This document shows, piece by piece, positions 12,924-27,239 of a DNA stretch of 64,000 nt; position 1 is the first letter of the stretch, and each line of letters starts with the position of its first letter. The position numbers and the translations under genes were made by a program. The notes below the pieces were generated by a model. That model was given only the letters and a program-made list of their open reading frames with translations, did not search any database and was not told the DNA's origin. The stretch covers positions 1,798,001-1,862,000 of the forward strand of contig NW_027270912.1 in NCBI RefSeq assembly GCF_040938485.1, read 5' to 3'. Source of the stretch: Diadema antillarum. Taxonomy: Eukaryota.

Positions 12924-14655
12924 TCAAACAGAGACAGGAGGAAACCATGCAGGGGAAAGCACTTTGTTTGATTGAAAGGTATCGACGAACATGATATTTG
13001 GAGGACATTAATGAATGATAACAGATTCCTGTCTCGGTAATAACGTGAATAAGGTGAAGCCCAACATCATAGCCCTCACTCCACTGACGAAGTCTTGTGT
13101 TGGCATTCCCTCATATTGCATGCTTATAAATAAACACATGCAGACAAGCGCACAGACACGGTCGCCCACTACAACAAATCAATGCATTGATGATTCTATT
13201 GTCGGGGTCTTGAAGCAAGGGCGTTGCTCTCGCCTTTTTCCATCGATGTCCGAGCAATTATTATTTTGTTAAGATAAAACTTATCAGTCAGCGTTCACCT
13301 TTCCGTCTTCTCCCTTACACAAAAAATAAAAATGATTTCCATGAAAAATAATTGGGAATTTTCCTTAGAACAGATACCCCAACAGCTCTGTAGTCAAGTC
13401 AGACACACACACACTCTCACACACACACGAACGCACACACACACATCTTCCTTTTCTCTCACACACACATACACACCACATACACAAATATTAATAGAAT
13501 CGGCAGATAAATATTGTGCGATTTAAAGGTATAACTTAGAAAGAAAAGTCCTCTAATATGACAATAAATATATGACAATCCGTTTACACACAATACCCTA
13601 TATGATATGAATGAGTCTAAAGTAATTGTTATTATACATAGGCCACAACACAGAAAAACAGGCTGGTGCACATCTCGCGCTTACTCACGCTCGTGCAGAA
13701 TTCAAACACCCTCGCAGATTTATGCACTAGTTGACGTATGCAGTGATGATATTCTCTTCATATCATGCCATTCTATTTCTATGTTACTATCTAACGTAGA
13801 TAGGCGGGGGATGAAAATCGTGCATCATCGCCAGAAATCGAACAGAGGATTTTTATACTTACATGAACTAAATCATTGTCGTTACCATTGACATTAAGGG
13901 CCTCTAAATGACATACGCTTGGTTGTATTTTAACACCTGTTGCTTTAGTTGGATTTACAGTGAGTTTTTACACGCGGAGCCACTTGTGGGATATCAGCGT
14001 GCACGTTTCGACGTTTCGCCTTTTTATATAACATACTTCCACGCTCATATACGACTTACGCGGCGATATGTTATCTTCGAGAGAATATTGCTCTGTGCTG
14101 ATGTATTGGATGGATGAGAGATGGAATTACATTCTCGAATCCGCTCTGCATGAACCTCATGCAGAGAAATCTCCCTCTCCATCCCCCTCTCTCACCGTCT
14201 CTGTCTCTTTGTCTGTTTCTGTCTGTCTGTCTGTCTGTCTCTACCATGTCTACCAGTCCTTTTCACTTCTCCCCCTTTCCTTCTCTGAAGATAATTCTTC
14301 GTCTATCTCTCTCTCTCCCTCCCGTCCCTTCTCTCTCTCGATCACTCTTTCTCCGTGTCTCTGCATGTCTTGTCTAGTCAATCGATTTTCGAATTGCATT
14401 TGAATAAAGCAAATCACTGTTCTTCGCTAGGAGTAGGTGAATATGATTATTTGCCTTATCTAAGTTTCAATTGATATGTGATACATAATTGCACATCAAA
14501 CTTAGTACTATTTTCAATATGTGTTTGCGTCTGTGTCTGCGCCTATGTGTCTTCTTTTATTTCCCACGTCATTTTAATCCTCAACGCAAGCTTGTCAGTT
14601 ACGAGTACTCCTTCTCTGTGAACGGTACTTTTTTTTTCGTATTTCAGTGGTTCGC

Positions 14656-14712
<57 letters not shown>

Positions 14713-14808
14713 TATGCGCGCTAAATGGCTAATTAAAGATTGCGAAACATGATTAAGCATCCTTAGAGTATCACCAATATTACCATTATTAAATATCTAA
14801 TGATAGCA

Positions 14809-15743
14809 TAGGCTTTCCCAGCCAATTTGGTGAAAATGCCTATCATTTTATTTCATTTCATTCAAATTCGTATGTTTGAAGCAGTGAAGTGACTTTGGTC
14901 AAACGATTTCACTTTCAACACTTTCATTGTTTTTAGGAACTCAGTGGTCACGACTTCAAATTCTGATGTAAGCATTCAATTTCGTGTTTTCGCATGGAAT
15001 TCCAAGTTTGTGAATTCAGATAAGTACTACAATAGGGGCTCGATAAACACTTTCAATTTCGCTTTAAGCAAGCGATGTTCACATTTAAGCATTCAAATCT
15101 GTAATGCCCGTTTATCATACATAAGCAAGAGTGATTATGTCCAGCAAATCATTGACTATGACTTTTATTTTTTATCTTAAATTTCATCATCATTATCATC
15201 ATTTTTTTTTCATTTGAATATCCAGATTTTTTTTCGTTTGCTAAACATGTTATATAAATCATGTTACCACATGGCTTTCTTTATCTCTAATTTACATCTT
15301 TATCTTAATCATGATCATCATACTGATTTGTGATCTTCATTTAAATTCACATGCTTATTTACATCATCATGTGTGATCCACATGTAGACGTTATTGACAT
15401 TAAATTCAAAATGCAGTACAAGTTGAATATCTTTATAATGCACATTGTACAGGTTCAATTTGAATGCCTCTTTCATGAACTTGTTTGCTCATATGCCAAT
15501 TGAATGCTCGGAAAGGCTGACGACAAATGGAGACCAAAGTTGAAAAGCATTGCCGAAAATATCTGCGCATTCAATGATTTAAAGTGCGCAAATGCGAAAT
15601 TGGTTGCCGAATTTTGTCAATTTGAACGAAGAAAAACGAATTTTGAATGACGGGATTTCGATGCCTCAGCAATTTGACGAAAATGAATGCTTCTAAAATG
15701 AAATTGAATGACAAATAAATGAAACTGGTCGGGAAAACCTGTA
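14809..15743. mobile_element. Degenerate TIR element (~930 bp)
   Basis: taggctttcccagcca at the left versus tggtcgggaaaacctgta at the right. Inverted cattcaaatt / aatttgaatg subterminal motifs. Confidence 0.45.
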
Positions 15744-16136
15744 GTACAGCCGTATGAAATACTTTTAATAGATTGTGGTGAATTAGATATTAGAAAGCAA
15801 ATTTACCGCAGAGATGCAGTAAAATAGTGATGATTCTGATGTATTCTTTCTTTTTCTATACGTAGACCATCGGGGTCATCCTCTTTATTTGAAGTATGTG
15901 TAAGTGTGGTGCTGTTGTTTGGAAGATATCAAAAAAAAAAACGAACACTGCAAGATGATGATATCGCTAACAATTTTCATGCGTAGTATATGGACATATT
16001 CATGTGCAATGAATTGAACATATTATGAAAGATCAAATACTTGAATATGCAGATTTTGGCGAGAAGAAATTCTTCAGTCGGCTAATATCATTAGTAAACT
16101 TATCCATCCTTGATACTTCCTAACCATGTGAAATAT

Positions 16137-16200
<64 letters not shown>

Positions 16201-16826
16201 CAAGCAGGTTAGAGGTTATACGTCAGGGAGATTAAAAATCAATTACAAATATCTTTCATTATTGAAAAAATGTTATGACAGTTGGGTCCATAACTATATT
16301 ACGGGGAAAAGTACATGCTCTAAAGTTCTTGATATACGAATACTTCTAGGTAGAAATAGAACAAACATTTCCTGTGTCTTCTCTCCTTTTACCCGTAAGC
16401 TGGTATGCATCGCTATCTACATCCGGCATTACATCATTCCAAGAATATCCATTCTGTTTATGATGCTATATTTTGACGAGAAAGTCGTTTTGTGTATGTT
16501 TTTTTTTGCTTCATCTATCTATTTCATGGTATTCCATAAATCATATACAATGGGAAAAAATATGAAAACAAATCACCACTACAGCTTAAACGTCATAGCA
16601 AACGCGTATTCCCAAACTCTACAAGATGACATATAAATGAAAATGACGTGAAATAGCGGAGGCTGCTCGCCACGCAATTCGTCGAAAGCTTGCGTCATCA
16701 TCACGGCGCATACACAAACCCTAAATCTAAAGCCTTAATGAAACCGGGGACGGATTTATGGCAAACAGGATCGCAATTGTAACTCACATGCCTGCACTTC
16801 ACCTTCCCTCTCCCTCCCCCCTCCCC

Positions 16827-16884
<58 letters not shown>

Positions 16885-18739
16885 ACACGTCTACAGTCAA
16901 TATTTCATTTATGTTTCACGCTCTCTCTTATTGAGAATTGATGTTTGTTTAAAACGACAAAAACACTTTGGTCTGACTTCTACCCTTACATACTGAGGAT
17001 TCGTACATCAAAACTAGCGCCGCTCTTTGAAATACTCAGTAATATTTCATGCAGGATATACTGAACAGCAATATGACCAAAATTGAAATACATTTCAACC
17101 GTAGATTCCCTATCTGTCCCATTGCCTATACATGAGCCGTCATTGTCTGTGCATATAATCCCGGGATTGACAAAGACAACTGCCGGGCACAAATCGCGAC
17201 CTCGTGCAAGCTTTACGACGATGAGAATGCGTGGTATGTTCGGAAAGGGCGATTCGAACGACTATTTGCCCTCATTGGAATTTTATTCGTGGTAATAAAG
17301 CGCATATCAAACCGGTGGAAAGCATATAGATGGCACTGGAGATGGCACGATACTATGTATGCAATCTAATTGCCCTCCCCCCCCCCCCTCTCTCTCTCTC
17401 TCCCTTTCTATCTCTATCTCTATCTCTGGCAAACATAACATACTATATGCACACATTCAGTTATACCCCCATTCCACAGAGACTTTATTCCCATCGGTCA
17501 CTCATCGGAAGCAAAAGATTGTTGCTTCCGGCCTCCCACCGAAGTGTATCGGATTGGTGTCTGATGAATCCGACTTGGTTGGTCGAGTATTAGGTGAGTG
17601 TCAGACATGCTGCGCGTGATCCTGATCGGATCACCGCTCGATAAACTTAGCTTCCGATGTGTGACCGATGAGAGAAGATCTATGTGGAATGGGGGTATTA
17701 TAAGCAAATGTTCACATCCTCTGTTGGTTTTTTTGTTATCTACTCCTGATAGCCTTTTGTGTGCAGACGATGCTATAATTAACATGCGTTCGTTTGTGTA
17801 GTTTGTTATGTCTTCGTTCTATACGTTATGTTGAGCCCCTCATGTCCTCAAGTTTGTAAAAGTGTGTTTGTGCGTGTGTGTGCGTGTGTCTGTGTTTGTG
17901 TGTTTTTCATATTGATTACACCTTGAAATAGCCTGATATAGAATGAAATTCAAATATAGAATATCATTTTAAAAAGGGTGTGTGTATGTGTGCATGTATG
18001 TGTGTATTTGTGTATGGGGAGTACGTCAATAAAGGGAGCTCACCTGCAGACCTTGGCTCACACAGCGCATGAAATAACTGGGACGGAAATTGTAATTTTA
18101 TTAACGGGAAAACGGGGAGAGACAGGGGGAAATATATACGTACATAAATAATCGGGTGACAGAATATCCGGTGAGCTGTAATGACTTACCGGTGTGTGCG
18201 AACGGAGTCGGGATACATTCTTCCCGGAAAAAGTCAATGTCGGAAGGGGAAAAAAGGACAACAGCACCCCGATATCGCAATGATGCTATTGTTTCTCACG
18301 CACCGTGCACTTCAGGGACTTCCCCGAAAAGAAGAAAGAGATATGACTCATCAATGTCTGGGCCAGGCTAGGCTTTTCTCAGAAGGCAAATAGCATTGCA
18401 CATTATGATCACCATTATTCGGGAAAAAAAAAGAAGAAGCAAAAACAGAACCCTCAGAACAAAAACTCTTTAATTCAATCCTTTTGAAGGCACGACAAAT
18501 TATTCTTTTTACGTCATGATAATGGTGAGAAAAAGAGCAATAGAGATAGAAACCAAAATTTACTTTATAAATTGAAATGACTGAAAAAAAGAAGAAAATG
18601 ATGGTAACAAGCAATGATTATACACTGTAACTGATGATGTCGGTCATGGGAATGGCATTGTTGTTATCATCATCATTATGATAGTAGATAAAATCATTCA
18701 TCTTATCATCACAATAATTTTTATCATTCTCATTCTTGT

Positions 18740-18944
18740 AGAAGCTTAGTCATTATTATTATTATTACGATAAACTTTATTATTGTAAGTGTTATTGCTA
18801 TCATTGTTTTTATTGTTATGATCCTTACTACTATTACCATAGAATAATGATAATAATAATGATAATAATAGTAGTAATAATAATAATAATAAGAATGACA
18901 ATAATAATATTATCATTATTATTATTATCATTATTATCATTAAT

Positions 18945-18979
<35 letters not shown>

Positions 18980-19010
18980 TATCATCGTCATCATTATCAT
19001 TATCATACTT
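18740..19010. repeat. Compound (ATT/AAT/ATC)n trinucleotide microsatellite
   Basis: Direct reading. It produces artefactual poly-I/M/N/D ORFs. Confidence 0.9.
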
Positions 19011-19136
19011 GAGGCGAAGAAGACGTGATTTTATCAACAACTTCACTCTTCCTTTCTTCCATATACTATACCAGGGAGATGAGAGTTTTACTCCCACCTA
19101 TACTTGCACACCACATGCCCCTTCTTGACACCCTCA

Positions 19137-19489
19137 GGTTACAGTGCGTTATTCCGAACTTTCGTTAATCCGAAATGAAATCAGGTTCGTTATTCCGAAG
19201 GTTCGTTCATCCGAAAATTTAAAAAAAAAAAGTTCGTAACTCCGAGGGTACGTCATTCCGAAGGTTCGTTGAAACGCACCTTAATCCGTTTCATTTTACC
19301 GAACCTTAATTCATTTTTGGCTTAACGAACAACGAAACTTATTTCATTTTCTGAATTACAAACCTCCGGGAAAACGACCCTCCGAAATAATGCCACAAGT
19401 CAATGTTCGGATTGACAAACATCTATATAAGTATATAAGAAATTTGTGTGTTTTGGAACAACGAACCTTCGGATTTAATGAACATCACC
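19137..19489. mobile_element. MITE with GG...CC termini built from ttcgttattccgaa subrepeats
   Basis: Left end ggttacagtgcgttattccgaactttcgtt matches the reverse complement of the right end (ggtgatgttcattaaatccgaaggttcgtt). Tandem subrepeats are inverted at the two ends. Confidence 0.6.
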
Positions 19490-20759
19490 TCTCGGCAACG
19501 GCCGTCCTTCTTTTTTCTAAAATTCAAGATATGATCTGATTCCAAGATGTATGGCAAGACATGCCTGCTCACTCCTTGGATACTGAGCAATGCTGACTTG
19601 TGACCTCCTGCTGCTGAGACACGGCAATTACATTCCGCCATGCAAGAGTCAGAGATAAGGTCAAACAATAAGTCTTCTGACGTAATACCTAATTGCGGGC
19701 TAATGCAATGAAAAGGCGTGTTCTCAGCACACTACTACACCTCCGGGTAAGATTTCTTCTAGATGTAAAATTTTCTTATAGGCATGCTGCGTTATTTCCT
19801 CGGAACGTTCCGTATTATGATGTGAATGAGTCACCCTGTAATAGCGATGCTTTTTTCCCTCTTTCGTGTTTCTTTGGATTTTGCTTTTTGGGTCTTCTTT
19901 TCCCCTTGGATTCGGCAATCTTGAAGATTATTTCTCAGGTGGTTTGAGAGTGCACAAGAAGTGTGGAGATAAGAAACCTGTCCTTTACCATGTTTACAAC
20001 AATTTGTAGTATTATTCAATGAATGCAATTGGGTAACAGTATGAAACTATAAACAACGAACACTGATGATGATGGAAGCTAAGGTGCTATCTTCCTTGTT
20101 TATGTCTGTTTATCTATTTAGCAGAGGAAGATTGACATACGAAAAGTACAGACTATTTCCTTTTCGTTGGGATGAGGAAGGTAAACACTGAAGAGTACTA
20201 GAACATGTAGTGTAATCATCATCGACCTTTTCTGCTAATTTGTTTTCGTGTTTTGGTTGGTTTTCTTTATTGTGCTCGTCGGAACATTCCCATCAATTTG
20301 TTTGGTTTGGATTGTTTTGATTTTGTTTTGTTTCAGTATTATTTTTTCCATGCACATAAACAAAATACACAGCGTGAGCAAAGTATACGTATATTGTAGG
20401 AATGATCGATTTCATAATAGATTGACCATCGCCACTCCATGTAAACATGCCATAATCCTCTACCGAAGAAGCAACCTTGCCTGCTATAATCATAAGTGAG
20501 ATGGGAAAGCCATACCCGAGATAGCCTTCATTGCACAAACTATGCGTCTCACACCAGAAATGGTAAACTGGTGGATTAAACCGCGAGGTGAAACTTTCAG
20601 CAGCTTTCACTCAGCGGCTTTTGTCTGCTGTATTTCAGCATAGCCTCCTTTCAAATTTCACAAATGAATTTCAAGAGGATTTCTTCTCTCATGAGACGAA
20701 TGTTGTGTTCAGTGCAAAATACAGAGGTAACACCGGTGCACGTTTCATTCATGGATGAG

Positions 20760-21280
20760 TGTGACCAGCGTAAAAAGTGGGATTGTGCTTGAAGCGGCCT
20801 AAAATTATGCTAAATTGTTGTCACTAAATTTTGTCACATACAATCGGCTGACAAGCAAAAAAAAACGTACAAAATAAAATAGATTGTGGTGCATTGTAGT
20901 GCCCAATTGTCCTTGCATTTTTTTGCTACAAATTGTGGTGCCCAATCAGCTGACAAGCAAAAAGAAAAAAACAAAGGTCCTCACATTCTATGCTCCAAAC
21001 TGATCTGAGGCGCTCAATCGGCAAAACAAAACAAAAACAAGAAAAACAGGTCTTCACAACTTTTTATTGTCAATTTCGTCGATAAATCAGCTGACAAACT
21101 AACAAACCAACCCCCTCAAAAAAGAGGTACCACAGTACACAAAGCGCCTGCGATTTCCTTTCTGTAGTAATTATGATAGAATTATGCTAAGAATAAACAA
21201 ATAATGCCAAGCATTATGGGCAGATGCTGGAGCATCTAAAGTTATGCCAGAAAGGAGAGTTTTATGCCAACTCTGGCAAC
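20760..21280. mobile_element. Degenerate hAT-like MITE with aatcagctgacaagcaaaaaaa subrepeats
   Basis: Three copies of aatc(a/g)gctgacaa followed by A-tracts, two with ggtc(c/t)tcaca. Right end tctggcaac. Boundaries approximate. Confidence 0.4.
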
Positions 21281-21775
21281 ATAGATGTGACGGGGTCCAT
21301 AATAGAGCAAAGAAGTAAACACGATAAAGAACATGTTCAAATTCACGGTTCTAATCTTATTTCAACATAGCGTCATTCATGAAGCCATCTAGACCCATCG
21401 CATGACCGCCAATGGAGTTTCTCAGGCTCCAACTTCCAACTTTCGTGAGCGGTGGCAAAATCCTCGTGTAATAACTTCTTTTCCTTTCGCATATCCTTCG
21501 GGTATAAACTTCTTAATAAATATTCATATCTTCATGTGGCCTTCTTATGAGTGTTCAGGTGCCATCGTGTAATCTTCTGTACTTGCGTCGGCTGTTTGAT
21601 TGGTTTTTGACCATGTTCGGGGCCAACTTTCCACGAAATTGAAAAATCCATATTTGTATTGGCATCTCATGTCAATTTTGGGACAGTGTGAAGCCAACAG
21701 GATGCATCCAAAGTGGCGCCATCCACAGAAGTCATACATGCCATGCGTCACATGGGAAAATAAGAGTTTGCTTAA

Positions 21776-22345
21776 AGGGGAATAAAACCCAAGTAAACAA
21801 GTGAATCAAGTTAATGTATAACAATAGTAGTAGAACACATCAGTGAAGTTAAACTATAGAGGAAAATCGGACAATCCGTTCAAAGGTTATGAATTGTAAA
21901 AGTTTCTGTACGGTAACCGCTGGATGAGAAGACTACAACATTTTTTGACGTCACCACAGGACAATGACATAAAGAAAGTATAAAGAGTTTTCCACAAAGT
22001 TTCATTTTTTATGAAAGTGACATTATGTTAAGTGTTATGATCTTCCCTTTCTTTACTTTCGTGCTTGAAAAGTGAAAGCATGTTGAATTCTCTTCATATT
22101 TTCTTCTTAATTTGTTCCTTTGGTGACGTCACTAACACTTGTAGTCGTCTCATCCAGTGATGGCAGCACCGAAACCTTAAAACTTAGCAACTTTTGAACG
22201 GATTATCCTATTTTCCTAAAACGTACATTGATGTGTTTGAAGTTTGAAGTTTTATTAGCAACAACATTTTGAACATGTACATATAAGAATCATAACACAA
22301 TTGTATCTACATACATGTGTGAAAAAAAACTTATCTGTTACTCCT
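21776..22345. mobile_element. Kolobok-like non-autonomous element, family K2
   Basis: ttaa|aggggaataaaaccc ... tactcct|ttac. Internal inverted gaaaatcggacaatccgttcaaa motifs are shared with 35340-35830 and 49271-50260. Confidence 0.6.
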
Positions 22346-23465
22346 TTACAATAACATGATTAGATGATGATATTTGAGAGTTATGATACATGTAGCATAA
22401 TTCTACAAAGTTGTTGTTGTTAACAAGGAAACCAAAAATTAGCACAAGTGCTAGTCGAGATTGGTCACCTTGATCTTCATACTAAAAGCTAAATACAAAA
22501 GAAAAATTATCACATGGTTAGTTGAAATGACTGTAATTATTTATACAATGTACATCACTCATTTTCTAACATAGAAACCTAATAATACTTGATATAGTAT
22601 ATCTATAAGAGTAGGAAATCTGCAAGGCATTTACGAAATGTAGATTTTTTGCTTTGTTCACGCATTTCTCGTGGCAATGTGTTCTACCGCATTCACCCGA
22701 ATCCACATACTATTTGAGTTTCATTCTCTTGAATTGAATCAAAATAAATGATGCATGCACAGTCACGCCTCAGATAATCAAAGGTTAACGACAGGTTAGA
22801 AGCTTGCCTTTAAGCTTCAGACTTTCAGTGGGAATTGCCCGACGAGTAATATACTATTGCATGACATTTCTTGCCAAATTGGGTTAAAAACGCATCAAAG
22901 TCGACATCATCAAGATTCATGTATGGACACAACATGAGGGACAAAGTATAGAAATAAGGGAAAAATATAACAAACCGAATAATCCTATAATGCAACGTAT
23001 TGCTTACAATCCAGATTTGATTGCCAACATTATAATTATACAGTCCCTGGCAATCACGCGGGTGTCTGCAGTCCCGACATCCCGGAAACCGTCCCCGCCT
23101 GCCCGATTTCCTTGAAGTTTTGTTTGCTCGATCGCTCTGTGAGACGGTTTTATCGCACCATGGGCGGCACGAATGACACAAACAAGCAAATCGTTCAGTC
23201 AACCAACAATCACTTTGGGTGATGAGAAACAACAACTCAATATCGCCGAGGACATTATCCACTTATCGGTCTCTTAATTAAACCGGTTATTTCCGTGATT
23301 ATGCTTGTTTGGATTCCAAGATAATTGGCTCTGATGAGAAGACATTATAAACAGGTTCAAGCGACCCTCTTGAAGGGTTGTCTGTTATAAAAACCGGTGA
23401 TACACCTCTTGCTCATAACAGACATCAACCCTGAGGTATAGATCAAAGCTTGATAATAGTTATGA

Positions 23466-23906
23466 CATGGCTCGACACTAACTTGTTTGTTTGGTGGCCC
23501 GACGGGGCCACCAGAATCCTAAATTTCAAATTTTTGGTGGCCCGAGAGAAAAATTCGGTGTCCCGAAAAAAACCCCAATAAAAAACATCAAAAGTCCTTT
23601 TTTTTAAATGAGTCAAATATTTCAGATTTATGATAGTAAGAATTAGAAGTTGGACATATCTACTCATAAATAAACGTCAACAAACTTGCAACACTCACTC
23701 TCAGGCACTCATTCAGTCCTTTTCATCCATCCTTTGAACAAATTTAACTGCTAATTTCCGGCGCAAAAAGTTACGAATTTATTGACATACTTTTCAAAAA
23801 ATTTTGGTGGCCCGAGGCGGGCCACCAAATTTGCCCTTTTTTGACATTTGGTGGCCCGACTTTCATTTTTGGTGGCCCCGGGCCACCGGGCCACCGTTAG
23901 TGTCGA
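23466..23906. mobile_element. hAT-like MITE (CAGGGCTCGACACTAAC type)
   Basis: catggctcgacactaac ... gttagtgtcga termini, with repeated ggtggccc / gggccacc motifs. Confidence 0.7.
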
Positions 23907-24405
23907 TTTCCAAAATAGAATGATCTCCAATACAGTTTATCATTTTCACATATAAGCCTACATGTATACATCGTCAGACATGCAAATTCAACCTTTACGT
24001 TCTGTGTGCATCGCATGCTAAAGAATGATGTTATGTGTGAAAAAAAAAAACAAACACCTAATTTTTGTTGATCGCTAATAGCTATAATTGCTTGCCATGG
24101 GCTCGGATGTAGAGATGATGTTATATGGCGGCCGTGATATCGGTTAAGTTATAATAGAATGGTGATATACAGATCCTTATCAAATGTTGGCTTGAGTTCT
24201 ATTGCGCCTGACATATTGTCGCTCATTTTTGCGTACAATTAATAAAGCCCGAATTTACTTTTCACCCGCTCTTTATGACCGGTACCACCAACAACCGCTT
24301 GTCTGCACCGAGCTCCACTGGCTGTGCATAAATGCATTGTGATTGTTTGTGTGTGCGGTTCAGTTAGCTTCAAGCTGGTGCTAATCTGGGAATCAGTGCG
24401 ATATT

Positions 24406-24625
24406 GGTGACACGACATTTGCTCCTGCGACAATTGCCCCGGTCTTATTTTCTCCGAGGACTTAGGGTAAGGGTTAGGGTTGTGATCGGGTTTTAGGTTT
24501 GGTTTGATGTGAGGATTAGGATGAGGGTTATGGTTATGTTTGTGGTTAGAAGATTTATGTTTGGCTTAGCGTGCAGATATTATTTTCATGGGAACGATTG
24601 TCTCAGGAGCAAATGTCGTGGAACC
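24406..24625. mobile_element. MITE with ~31-bp TIRs and a degenerate (TTAGGG)-like core
   Basis: ggtgacacgacatttgctcctgcgacaattg / cgattgtctcaggagcaaatgtcgtggaacc. Core ttagggtaagggttagggttgtg...ttaggtttgg. Confidence 0.75.
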
Positions 24626-25242
24626 GCGAATACATTGTAATATGTATGACTGCCGAGGAATTCTAAGGGTATATATAATTCCAATCTCGTTAAAAAGTCA
24701 GTCTGAAAAGTAAAGCTTGATAAGCACAATAGTGAAAATTTGAGTAAGATTGCCCCTTTAAGTCGTTAGACTTCCAATTGATTTCGGAAAATATCATAAT
24801 GCAAGAAGACAGATAGCTAGTACTGATTGTGCAAGCTCAAAGAGTAATTCATCAAGCTTGTATTCGCTAGGTTTGAGGCGTTTCTTCGCCTGAAACAACC
24901 GGAGCTCCTCAGACTACAGCAGACTGGCCTGGACTGGTTTATTGCGTAAGCATTATATCACATAACACAATAACAGAAGAAAGGTTACTTTTGGAGTAGT
25001 CTTTCTTGTGTGCACATGGGCAGCAGGTATTCCACTTATTTAGATTGAATTTGACTTTGACAAGAGAAAATATTTTGTATTATCTATCATAAATGGTCCT
25101 TCCGGATCACACACTGATGTATCATTTTTCGAAGACAGAATTCTAAAGATTCATGACTTATATCTGGATATTTCAACCCGGGTTGATTTAAATATAAATG
25201 AATTAATAATGTCTATCACATGTTTTTGATACCAGCTATGTT

Positions 25243-25293
<51 letters not shown>

Positions 25294-26800
25294 AACAAAC
25301 AAACAAACAGCACACCAAATTCAGCCATAGATACACAACATGTTAATCAAATGAATTTATATAAACCATTCACCTTTGACACACACAATTTGTACAAAAT
25401 CAGTTTTTGTCTCCGGCGGCCATAATTTCTTAATTTCCCTGATGATAATGTTAAATACGCACTTAGTTTCAATACCTTCAAACTGAAATTGAAGGAATCC
25501 GTCTTAAACCATTACCAAATCTCATTTGAGGTTCATCATTGTTGATACCAGTTGACATAATATACATACATTTTCCCTTTTCAGACACAAATTGTCTCTT
25601 TCTGACTAGCCCCAAGCATTTTCTGCGCTGGGAACACCGTGTACCACTTGTTTCTGCTTTGTCAAGTTCTGTAATGCACTGCATTTCCTTTGTTCTCACT
25701 GTTTTTAAGGTTTCTGTCCCACCCCCCCCCCCCACATTTACTTCTGAATGCGGCATATTCAGATGACCCTCTTTGTTCTCTTTTTTGTTTTCTTTTTGAG
25801 CAGCAATTCGGGTTGGTCACATTTTGATTTTGTTTTCATTTCTCTGAGGGGACTGCAATATACAAGCTAAGCTTTTTAGCAGTCTCCTCCATTTCCAACA
25901 TCCTACTTAATTACCTACTATACCACGTTAATTAATTTTATGACTTTGCTTAAAGTTTGTTACCTTATCACATGAAAATTCACGTGCCGATGTAAATATC
26001 TGAAGAAAAAAAAACTATACAGACGATTACGTTGTGTTTATGACTGCGTATAACCTTTTGTTTGAAATGGAAAGTTGATGAAAGGAAAAGAAAATAAGTA
26101 ACTATTACTTGAGCTTATACGTCATGAGGTTATGCTGCTAAAGCTAATGAACATCATGTACACGATAAATGCAGCGCAGTAAACAATGCCCCTTTCATGC
26201 CATAGGCCTATAGGACCTGCGGTTTTCAAAATCAAATGCGAAAACAATTATGCACACGAATTCATTTTCTTCATCAACGTTATCATTCTTTGTGATTCTA
26301 CCCTTTTAGATAAGACATGTCCTCTTTGATATTTTATCATGATTGACATACTCTTGTGGTACTCCTTATTACGATGAATGTTTCCGCCCACGATTTATCG
26401 TAAACACGAGCTCCATCTCTGAGCTTGATACCCTGGAAATTGGAAGACGGAAGATGAGCCCAACATGGGCTCCAGTTAAGCACTCGTAGGACTATAAACA
26501 AAGGTATCTTATAGGCATTTCATCCACCCTCCAGCTGATGGGTGAGGCAGAGTCCACACCAAGCCTGACCAGAGACTACCCACTTTATAACGCACTGATC
26601 GTGTCTTAAAATACCATGAAGCAATCCGTCTAATTTCTATAACGGCACGCTTTCCAATCACAGAGCCTTTAGAGCGAGAACGGAATGTGTCTGCTCAGGT
26701 TTAGTGTTAGCAGAAGAGCATAGCGAGTTCACGCGCCATCAAACCGAACTTCGCTATATAGGCCCTACTGTTCCACTTTACTTCCCCACTATGAAAACTA

Positions 26801-27100
26801 AAGAGACTCCAACCCAAAGCACCATCTGATCTGGAGATTCTCCCGCCTGAAACCCCTAGCAAACGGGAGACTCAAAGTTGATGTGTGCGAAGCACGAAGT
26901 TCCTAGGGTTCTAGATGCTCTCTGGTGCTATCTAAGGCTTATTTTTTCAACATACGATAGAAATAAGTAAGAAATCCTTTAAACGGGAGACAAAGAGCCA
27001 GGGCGGGAGAAATTAAATCTCAAGCGGGAGAACGGGAGATTTTGCAAAAATGGGTTCGGCGGGAGATCTCCCGTCGAAAACGGGAGAGTTGGAGTCTCTG
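26801..27100. mobile_element. hAT-like 300-bp MITE, copy 1, 6-bp TSD AAACTA
   Basis: (c)agagactccaac / gttggagtctctg TIR. aaacta at 26795-26800 and 27101-27106. Close second copy at 51758-52060. Confidence 0.85.
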
Positions 27101-27105
27101 AAACT

Positions 27106-27239
27106 AATAGCGAGCTTTAGATCTACGACGCGAACGCTAGGACGACGCTAATTGGGGAGGGGAGAATGGTGTTCTGCACATGCGCGAAACAGCTGTTACC
27201 ATTGTCTAACCAGGGAGATTGCGTCTAAAGCTCGCTATT
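27106..27239. mobile_element. Short TIR element (~130 bp)
   Basis: aatagcgagctttaga / tctaaagctcgctatt perfect 16-bp inverted repeat. Confidence 0.7.

Noticed and set aside
17555-17600. CTGATGA followed by a stem, hammerhead-like
   Set aside because: No GAAA after stem II, and no stem I/III pairing found.
18746-19128. ORFs of poly-I/M/N/D/S
   Set aside because: Translations of the (ATT)/(ATC) microsatellite; no splice or codon evidence.
19137-19489. Short regular repeats considered as a CRISPR-like array
   Set aside because: Eukaryotic context, no unique spacers, and the repeats are inverted at the two ends as in a MITE.
24460-24560. Interstitial telomere
   Set aside because: The repeats are degenerate and enclosed by TIRs, so they belong to a MITE.
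24860-24925. Minus-strand CTGAGGA...GAAGAAAC, hammerhead-like
   Set aside because: Stem II does not pair properly and the core spacing is wrong.
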